Source: Candidatus Curtissbacteria bacterium RIFCSPLOWO2_02_41_11
GTDB lineage: Bacteria > Patescibacteriota > Microgenomatia > Curtissbacterales > GWA2-41-24
Length of the DNA: 64,000 nt
Reading direction: 5' to 3'
Assembly (NCBI GenBank): GCA_001775055.1
Contig: MFBU01000015.1
Coordinates: 4,487-68,486 of the forward strand
In this document: piece after piece, positions 57,200-64,000 of the stretch
How positions within the stretch are numbered: position 1 is the first letter of the stretch
Layout: each line of letters opens with the position of its first letter
Notes under the pieces: generated by a model
Database searches by the model: none
Seen by the model: the letters and a program-made list of their open reading frames with translations, nothing else
What the model was told of the DNA's origin: nothing
Program-made: the position numbers and the translations under genes

Positions 57200-57901
57200 T
57201 TAATTAGGAGTTTGACTTAGTCTACTAAAATAATTTTCGACAGCATAGAAATTTCTATCCTTTTCGTATATTTCGCAGGCTTTAGTTAACATCCTAAAAA
57301 CACTAAGCCTAGGCCTTGGATCATTTATGCTATAGAGTGCTGTACTTGAGGCTAATTCAATTACTCTTCCCACTTGCTCTATATTGCCATCGAATACGCT
57401 ATAAATATGTACGATTCCCTTCTTAAATAATTTTTCCTCTATATTTTCACTCTCTTCGCCAAAAGCTAAAGCCAGTTCGCCAGTTTCCCTTGCAGCATTG
57501 GCCAGTTTTTTGGCAAAATCTAATAGCAGGTCAATATCGCTCTCAGTAATTTCACCGCTTTCAAATCGTTTTCTGAATTGATATTGTTCCTCTACTGGTT
57601 GTTTAACTTTCCTTCTCAAGTTTTCGGCTACAATTGTCCGCACTTCCTGTGTCCCTGTTTCAATCATTTCTACAACTTCGGGGTAATCTCGTCTTTCTTC
57701 TTCGGTAGGTTCAGTCGGAAAATAAAGTTTTAAGGTTGGTGACGCAAGCGGATGATCAGGGTGATCTTCTGCCCATTGTTTATCCCTTCTATACAATCTT
57801 GCTATAGCCTCGGAGACCTCCTCATCTGTCAATGGGCGTTCAGGGAAGGTTTCGAGTAAACTGCTATACTTGCCTGTATTGGCAGATGCTCTTTCATCCA
57901 T
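57200..57901 (-). CDS. hypothetical acidic protein (233 aa)
   Basis: Its start overlaps the stop of the upstream gene. GC is about 42-45%. Confidence 0.5.
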   Translation of the reverse strand: MDERASANTGKYSSLLETFPERPLTDEEVSEAIARLYRRDKQWAEDHPDHPLASPTLKLYFPTEPTEEERRDYPEVVEMIETGTQEVRTIVAENLRRKVKQPVEEQYQFRKRFESGEITESDIDLLLDFAKKLANAARETGELALAFGEESENIEEKLFKKGIVHIYSVFDGNIEQVGRVIELASSTALYSINDPRPRLSVFRMLTKACEIYEKDRNFYAVENYFSRLSQTPN

Positions 57902-58653
57902 TACTGGCTTCCTCTTTTTTTCTCAAGCCACGTTTGATAATCATCCCAATCTTCTTGATACTTTTGCCAAACTGGATTTTCACTAAGAGGCCAGCTTTCC
58001 CAGGGTTCAGCATTTGGCTTTTTAGCATTTAACACTTCAACCGCAGCATCAAGTCTCTCAAAAAAGTAGTCATGGAAATCGGGGTCAAATCTTTGCATAT
58101 CTTCCTCAGTTATTTCAAAATGATCAAATATCGCTAGTAAATCTCTTGAGAAAGCTGGATAGTGCCTCATCCTGTCAAAATAAACAATAGGTGTATCTTC
58201 TCTACCATGAGTAGCTGCAATTAGGCCTCTTAAAGCCGCTCCTCTTGCGTATCCTATCAGATCTTCACTAACCGCCCCTGTACGGAGGCTGTCAAAAGAT
58301 TCTTCAATTTTAGGAAGTTGGTTGATCGTTTTACCCCAACGCTGATGGGCAATTGCGTCTCTAAGCTTCTTTAAGACCTCTTTCTTGCTATCATCCGCCC
58401 ACATAACTGTTCTGGGGGTCTCGCTCTCTCCACAATTCGCAGCGTAATAGGCAAGAGCAATATCTTGGGCAAATTGTTCGTGATCACCCTGATAACCTGC
58501 GTCTTTAAGGCTCGCTAAGGACTTTTGAGCATAGTCTTGAATAATGCTTCTGTTAACTTTTACAAAAATACCTACACCACCCTCGGGATTATCAATTAGA
58601 AGTATTCGGTAATTTTCGTCTCCAAAAGGCCTTAGCCTCATTTCCCTAGACAT
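57901..58653 (-). CDS. hypothetical protein (250 aa)
   Basis: A leaderless promoter TTGACA-17-TACTAT-11-ATG (58665..58693) is present. Confidence 0.5.
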   Translation of the reverse strand: MSREMRLRPFGDENYRILLIDNPEGGVGIFVKVNRSIIQDYAQKSLASLKDAGYQGDHEQFAQDIALAYYAANCGESETPRTVMWADDSKKEVLKKLRDAIAHQRWGKTINQLPKIEESFDSLRTGAVSEDLIGYARGAALRGLIAATHGREDTPIVYFDRMRHYPAFSRDLLAIFDHFEITEEDMQRFDPDFHDYFFERLDAAVEVLNAKKPNAEPWESWPLSENPVWQKYQEDWDDYQTWLEKKRGSQ

Positions 58654-58706
58654 AGTAGGAGCATATAGTAGACTTGCGGACTTTAAGTGTCAACTTTTTA
58701 GATTAT

Positions 58707-58734
58707 TGACAAAAAAGTTGCAAATGGTAGTATA
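58707..58734 (+). promoter_or_regulatory. sigma70-like promoter (TTGACA-N16-TAGTAT), plus strand, copy 2
   Basis: A paralogous ~190-bp module follows it, with a GT4 remnant plus a hairpin at 58837-58855. Confidence 0.4.
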
Positions 58735-58956
58735 AGAAAGTCCTATCTCCATAGCCCAAAGTAAAAACCTAGTAGATCGAAGTCATCATGGACGAGGGCT
58801 ATTTTCATTAGAAAGATTATATCCCATCCACTGTCATTCTGAACTTGTTTCAGAATCTATACTTCAGTTTGTATTAATGTATTAAAACATTTATACAAAA
58901 GAACTTGTGCATCTGTTGGTATTGGATTATCTGTCGAAACAACCTAAACACTATTA

Positions 58957-59703
58957 TTAAGCTGGAATTGGAATAGCTTTCTTATCCGACGGATCTGGTT
59001 CTAATTGTGGTTCTTTATCATCGCCATCTTCAAACTGATTAAAAACTAACTCTATCGTCCTCAATTTATCTAAATCATCTGGCAACCAAACAAAACATAT
59101 CCTTCCGTACATTTTATTCTCAAACTCCTCCAACTCCGTTTCCCCCACGTCTCCTCCCTCTTCTGACTTCTTCCTATTGAACATATTCTTCTCAACAACA
59201 AGAATCTCTTCTCCAGATTCTAGATGTTTCAAATTTTCTTTAACGAAAGGCCTATTGATATTCCAAACAAGAGTATACTCACAATCGCCTATATTTATAT
59301 CTACAAAGCTGTTTAAAAGCTTTGTGTAATCACTTGGTGAACGTGCAATAAAACTAAATCTTAATATATAAGGAATTTCTCGTGCCGTGGTATCGCTTTG
59401 GCTTATAGTCAATACAAAAGCTACATCGCCAAAAGGTTTCTCTAACGAGTGCCCACCTACAGGGATTTCGCCCATGGTCTCAATATCCTCACTTATTACG
59501 TCAATATACCCTTCAACGCCAAGATATAAGATTTTTCGCTGTAAAAGTACGATATAGTCGTATTCTTCAGGGATTGGAACTGGCTGTTCCCCATCAGGTT
59601 TAATAAAGCCTTCTGCTTTTTCAAATGGTTTAAATGGAATTCCGACTGAAACATCGTATGGCTTACTATGTTCAATCTGATCTCGCTTGCTCTCAGGCGA
59701 CAT
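58957..59703 (-). CDS. hypothetical acidic protein (248 aa)
   Basis: It is a long ORF. No motif was recognised. Confidence 0.5.
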   Translation of the reverse strand: MSPESKRDQIEHSKPYDVSVGIPFKPFEKAEGFIKPDGEQPVPIPEEYDYIVLLQRKILYLGVEGYIDVISEDIETMGEIPVGGHSLEKPFGDVAFVLTISQSDTTAREIPYILRFSFIARSPSDYTKLLNSFVDINIGDCEYTLVWNINRPFVKENLKHLESGEEILVVEKNMFNRKKSEEGGDVGETELEEFENKMYGRICFVWLPDDLDKLRTIELVFNQFEDGDDKEPQLEPDPSDKKAIPIPA

Positions 59704-59775
59704 AGGGAGTCATTATATTAATTCTGGGAGTAATTATTCAATATGAATTATAAAAACCACTTATAAGTGGAATAT

Positions 59776-60972
59776 TCATACGAATACTGACTCGTAGACT
59801 CTCAAAGTTTCTTTTGCCATTCTTTGCCAAGAGTATTTTCTGACTTGCTGCAAACCACTGTCAATAAGTCTTGATCTGATCTTACTGTCAGATACTACCT
59901 GATTGATTTTTGAGGCGATGTCTTCTGGGTCGTTTGGATCAAAATATAAAGCCGCATCGCCATAAATTTCCTTAAGTGTTAGGATATCAGAGCAAACGAC
60001 AGGAATTTTGGCGGCCATGGCATTGAGACCGGGAATGCCGAAGCCTTCGGAAAGCGAGGGGAAAACATAGGCTTTCGCTTGGCGGAAAAGCACTGACAAT
60101 TCTCTAGCCGGAATATAGCTGGTCATAATTACCCTACCATTTAGCTTTTGATCTTGCACCTGTTTTGCAAGTCTTTGCCAGAACACGTCTCTTGAGCAAA
60201 CGAGAGTGAGTTTCAAGTTTCTGGTTTCTGGTTTATGGTTTATGGTTAAAATTTTGAATGCTTCAAGAAGCTTTTCTAGATTCTTATGCGGATAAGCATT
60301 GCCGACATAGATCATGAAGGGCGTTTTGATATGATACTCATTTAATAGTTTCGGGTTTCTAGTTTCTAGTTTCTGGTTATCAAAGTATTCTTCCTCTGCG
60401 GCTTCGTAGGTGACGACCACTTTTGAAGGATCAATTCGAAACGTACTAATGACTTCCTCTTTGATGTTTTTTGAGGGGACAATTATTTTTGCAGATTTTT
60501 TAATTGCATGGGCTATGACTTGCCGGTAAGCTAGTCTTTTGGCTTTAAAAATCAATAAGTTGCGGGCAGTTGTTGATGTTTCGGCAAATTGATGATGGAT
60601 AAGATCATGAATGGTCACAATAAATTCGCCTTTAAATTCGCTTCGCTCATGTAATCCGAGAAGGTTAAATCCGGGCGGATTATAAAAAATCGGCACATTA
60701 AAATGAGGAACATGTAAAAGGTCAAGGTTTTGGCTTCTAAAAATTTTAGGGAGTGTTACTTGCTCGATGAGGGAATACCAGGAAACATCGGCTAATATTT
60801 TTTTAAAGTTTTTGCCTAATTTGAGATAATCCCAATTCTCTTTTCGCAAAAAAATAAAATACTGATTTTGGGAATCGATCTTGACAAGATTCTGAATAAG
60901 TTTTTCCGTATATTTCCCAAGCCCGGTACCTGCCGGACCAACAAATCTGGCATCAATTCCAATTCTCACCAT
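59776..60972 (-). CDS. glycosyltransferase family 4
   Basis: The GT4 motifs are SLSEGFGIPGLNAMAAKIPVV. It has a good SD (GGAGG) and carries two heptamer tracts. Confidence 0.75.
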   Translation of the reverse strand: MVRIGIDARFVGPAGTGLGKYTEKLIQNLVKIDSQNQYFIFLRKENWDYLKLGKNFKKILADVSWYSLIEQVTLPKIFRSQNLDLLHVPHFNVPIFYNPPGFNLLGLHERSEFKGEFIVTIHDLIHHQFAETSTTARNLLIFKAKRLAYRQVIAHAIKKSAKIIVPSKNIKEEVISTFRIDPSKVVVTYEAAEEEYFDNQKLETRNPKLLNEYHIKTPFMIYVGNAYPHKNLEKLLEAFKILTINHKPETRNLKLTLVCSRDVFWQRLAKQVQDQKLNGRVIMTSYIPARELSVLFRQAKAYVFPSLSEGFGIPGLNAMAAKIPVVCSDILTLKEIYGDAALYFDPNDPEDIASKINQVVSDSKIRSRLIDSGLQQVRKYSWQRMAKETLRVYESVFV

Positions 60973-61111
60973 CGCCTCCTGTCATCCTGAGGGAGCGAAG
61001 CGACCGAAGGACCTCGTTTTAGAAGATTCTTCACGGAGTTTATCTTGAGACTCTTCACTCTGTTCAGAGTGACAAGCGAAAGATTCAGAATGACAAAATA
61101 GTAGAAAGTCT

Positions 61112-61999
61112 TCATGCTCTTAATAATCGGATTTGTCCAAGTATTTTAATACCTAAAATTACAAGCCAAGTTATAAAAAAGGGGTACTGACTAGTAAAAT
61201 GTTTTTTATAAAAAAGCTCCATAGCACGGATTGACTCGGCAATAGCCTTTTTTTTAGACTCTCGGGTGGCTTTAGTTAAATGGGCTGATGTAGACTTCAT
61301 TCCGGAAGCCGCACCTTTGTAATGGATAATTTTGGTAATTGGCGTATAAACTATCTTGAAGCCGGCTTTTTTAAAACGGTAACACCAATCAAGATCTTCA
61401 CCGTAAAAAAAGAAATCTTCGTCAAATAACCCAACTTCGGCAATGGCAGATTTTCTGACCATCATAAATGCACCGGCACAGGAGTCGATTTCGTGCTGGT
61501 GATCGTCTGGAAGATAACCATAGTAATATTGATCAAGGATTTGTGAAGTGGCAAATATCTTGGAAAGTCCTGCAAAATGGCAAAAAGCGCGCCAAGGGGT
61601 TGGAAAATGACGCCGGCAATCTCGATCTAATTGGCCATTGGGAAGTTCAACTTTACATGTTGACACAGCGACTTGAGGATTGTCTTGCATAAAATCAATC
61701 ATTTTGATAATCGTATCCGACATTAGTCTGGTATCAGGATTTAAAATTAAGATATATTTACCCTGTGCCTCTCTTATTGCTTGATTATTGGCTTTGGAGA
61801 AGCCAAGATTTTGTTTATTAGCAATAAGCTTTATTTTGGGGAACTTTTTTTTAATCAATGAAACTGTTCTGTCAGAAGAGTTGTTATCAACTACAAAAAC
61901 CTCAGCACTGATAAATTGAAAGGCTTTTTGGATTGACTTTAGACAATCTACTAGTAATTCTTTGGTATTGTAGGAAACAATAATAATTGAAAGATCCAT
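61112..61999 (-). CDS. glycosyltransferase family 2
   Basis: The GT2 motifs are IIIVSYN, VVDNNSSD and the ED loop (YGEDLDW). Confidence 0.75.
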   Translation of the reverse strand: MDLSIIIVSYNTKELLVDCLKSIQKAFQFISAEVFVVDNNSSDRTVSLIKKKFPKIKLIANKQNLGFSKANNQAIREAQGKYILILNPDTRLMSDTIIKMIDFMQDNPQVAVSTCKVELPNGQLDRDCRRHFPTPWRAFCHFAGLSKIFATSQILDQYYYGYLPDDHQHEIDSCAGAFMMVRKSAIAEVGLFDEDFFFYGEDLDWCYRFKKAGFKIVYTPITKIIHYKGAASGMKSTSAHLTKATRESKKKAIAESIRAMELFYKKHFTSQYPFFITWLVILGIKILGQIRLLRA

Positions 62000-63186
62000 T
62001 AACCGCCGCCTACATCTTGATAAACTCGATCAAGTCGATCTGAAATTTTCTTCCAGTTATATTCCTCTCTTACCAGTTTATATGCGTTCTTAGCTAATTT
62101 TTGACCAAGTTCTGGATTTTCTAGAACTTTGATAGTCTGAAGTGCCAAGTCTTCTGCTGACTGAGCAATCAAAGCATCCTTTTGGTCTTTAATATTTATT
62201 CCCTCAACCGCAAGTCTGGTTCCGACAATCGGAGTTTTGGTGGCCATTGCCTCCAGAATTTTATATTTTGTCCCCCGCCCGTTTCTGATGGGAGCCAAAA
62301 GCACATCAGCTTTTGCATAGGCAACTCGTATATCCTCAACAACCCCATCAACTCTAATATCCTCTGCTCTAAATTTCAAAATGTCCTTAGGAGGATTTCT
62401 GCCTACAATCCAAAGATGTGCATCCTTTAGCACTGTCTTAATCTTCGGCCAAATTTCCTCAACTAAAAATTGTGTGGCATCGCGGTTTGGAAGCCATTTA
62501 AATTGTCCCACAAACAGCACAGTTGGATTTTGGGGCTTATGTTTTTTAGTCATGGCGAAATAATCGATATCAACTCCGTTGGCAATTACATCAACTGTTA
62601 ATGGGCTGTGATTTTGAATAAAGGCACGATCATCATCCGACATTGCCGCTAGTCTTTTGGCGCGTCTCCAGTAGTATCTTTCCCACCATTTGATCTTAAA
62701 AACATCCAAAAAAAGGAAGGGTTTAATAGGCAATGCCCAGAAAGGCAATCCTTCAACAAATCTTTGATAGACTAAATACTCAATAACTTGTTCGACTAAA
62801 AATATGGGAATTTTAGTTTGGGGAATATTAGGCATTACATAAAAGGTTTCGGCATGGATCAGATCATATTTTTCATCTTCCAATTCTTGCTGAATGCGCC
62901 TTTTGACAAATGGACTGAAATAAATAGAGACCAAAAAGGGGTAAAAAGTAAATCCGGCAAGCAGAATGTTAATTGGAGACCAAGCTTTTCTTCTTCTAAA
63001 AATAATCACCTTTTGGCAATAAGGCGCAAGTTCTTTTAAATATTTTTCTTCAGCAGATTCTCGAATAAATGAGGCTAGTGTAATTTTATGCTTAGTGGCC
63101 AAATTTTTAAGAAGGTTATAAGTTCTGATCTGGCCACCAGAAACAAGAGGATATGGAAGATAGGGAGTGATCATTAGGATCTTCAT
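61999..63186 (-). CDS. glycosyltransferase family 4 (ORF track starts 63297; likely start MKILMITPY)
   Basis: The N-terminus is ILMITPYLPYPLVSGGQIRTYNL. The C-terminal GT4 motif is EAMATKTPIV. Confidence 0.75.
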   Translation of the reverse strand: MKILMITPYLPYPLVSGGQIRTYNLLKNLATKHKITLASFIRESAEEKYLKELAPYCQKVIIFRRRKAWSPINILLAGFTFYPFLVSIYFSPFVKRRIQQELEDEKYDLIHAETFYVMPNIPQTKIPIFLVEQVIEYLVYQRFVEGLPFWALPIKPFLFLDVFKIKWWERYYWRRAKRLAAMSDDDRAFIQNHSPLTVDVIANGVDIDYFAMTKKHKPQNPTVLFVGQFKWLPNRDATQFLVEEIWPKIKTVLKDAHLWIVGRNPPKDILKFRAEDIRVDGVVEDIRVAYAKADVLLAPIRNGRGTKYKILEAMATKTPIVGTRLAVEGINIKDQKDALIAQSAEDLALQTIKVLENPELGQKLAKNAYKLVREEYNWKKISDRLDRVYQDVGGG

Positions 63187-63187
63187 A

Positions 63188-64000
63188 TCACCTCCCGATG
63201 CATTCTTTAAACATCTCGACAATGACATAGTCTTGAGTCTTCTCGATGACTTTGCAATGACGGGCAAGATTTTGAATACCGGTATCGTTAACATCAACAG
63301 AAACTAAATATTTAGTACCTTGATCGATAAATGTTTCCAAGGGTCTGTCAACAATTGGATATCCATGGCGGTTTGTTTGATAAAGAAAGGCAGCATCGCC
63401 GTTATAGGGGGCAATAACAGTTGCATCTGTTGGAAGAAGTCGATCAACAGCACGACCAGCTGAAATTATTTGGGGTTTGTTGATCCAATAATAACCTCTA
63501 ATTTCGAATGCGCCGAAAGCAAAAATTAAAATAATTAAAACTATCGCAGCCAGCGGTCCGAAAAAACGATTAAATGATTGACTTGGTAAATTGAAAAGAG
63601 TTTTAGTACCAATTGACATAAAAATAACAGCGATAGGTATAAAGGGCACTTGATAATAATCATGGCGAATGTTGCCGGAGGCAAAAACTGTAAAATAGAC
63701 AGCAACTGCCAAAAGCCAGGAAAAATAAAACAGTTTTTCTTTCTTTATTGGTTTTTTCAAAATTCCCAGAATAAATAAAACAAAGCCGCCAACGGTTAAT
63801 ATGAGTTTATCCATTCGTTCGGCTATCAACCATCTAAAAAATGCCCCTTTAAAGCGAATATTGCTCTCGTTCAATAAAAACTGCCAATTAGGAATTCCTT
63901 CAGGAAATTGAGTCATCCAAATTCGCCAAACGACAAATGGCAAAAGAGTCAATGCGACAAAAATCCACAAGTTTAGTTTTCTGAACATTGCTAAACCATA
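63188..64000 (-). CDS. polytopic membrane protein, probably the C-terminal part of a larger glycosyltransferase-associated protein (frame open to the window edge)
   Basis: It has multiple TM helices. The reading frame has no stop between 63988 and 64000. Confidence 0.4.
   Translation of the reverse strand, partial: YGLAMFRKLNLWIFVALTLLPFVVWRIWMTQFPEGIPNWQFLLNESNIRFKGAFFRWLIAERMDKLILTVGGFVLFILGILKKPIKKEKLFYFSWLLAVAVYFTVFASGNIRHDYYQVPFIPIAVIFMSIGTKTLFNLPSQSFNRFFGPLAAIVLIILIFAFGAFEIRGYYWINKPQIISAGRAVDRLLPTDATVIAPYNGDAAFLYQTNRHGYPIVDRPLETFIDQGTKYLVSVDVNDTGIQNLARHCKVIEKTQDYVIVEMFKECIGR

Noticed and set aside
5201-60375. Heptamer repeat tracts as CRISPR arrays
   Set aside because: Units are 7 nt with no spacers and are embedded in-frame in conserved genes. 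No cas genes are present.

Overview
This is a low-GC (~33-38%) bacterial segment that is gene-dense and almost entirely minus-strand. Its overall look is that of a reduced-genome Candidate Phyla Radiation (Patescibacteria)-type organism. Pointers are small proteins, many promoters of the extended -10 TGnTATAAT type placed 7-11 nt before the start codon (near-leaderless), and many glycosyltransferases. That placement is inference, not a database result.

The backbone is a housekeeping block: lepB, parB, rplU-rpmA, a SEDS protein and ileS. It continues into an unusually complete division/cell-wall (dcw) cluster read on the minus strand: mraZ-rsmH-ftsL-ftsI-murE-(nucleotidyltransferase::murC fusion)-murB-murA-metK-ddl-alr-murF-mraY-murI-murD-ftsW-murG-ftsQ-ftsA ... 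ftsZ. After it come glyQS, recO, a purF-like amidotransferase and a polysaccharide/glycosyltransferase locus (sugar-P transferase, manC-like, GT4, GT2, GT4).

The features I consider most worth a second look:
- A tRNA gene whose 5' and 3' halves flank an intact tRNA-Val(CAC). This is a nested or interrupted tRNA.
- At least eight tracts of 4-5 tandem heptanucleotide repeats embedded in-frame in conserved enzymes. The same GGTAGTT tract (peptide TTNYQL) occurs in glyQS and in a GT4.
- A ~3.5 kb accessory insertion between ftsA and ftsZ. It carries a DUF4258/DUF2283 pair, small orphan genes and dispersed intergenic repeats. A HicB/HicA pair lies immediately beside ftsZ.
- Two GC-richer islands of orphan genes. 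One holds an 885-aa protein with no recognisable domain. The other is a 4-gene cluster inside the glycosyltransferase locus. That second cluster is bracketed by repeated modules made of a sigma70-like promoter, a GT4 5'-end remnant and a TGTCATTCTGAA palindrome.
- A conserved ~33-bp perfect-palindrome operator upstream of three minus-strand genes, one of them a PaaX-like putative regulator.
- Candidate MraZ direct-repeat boxes upstream of mraZ.

No rRNA, CRISPR array, transposase or integrase was recognised.
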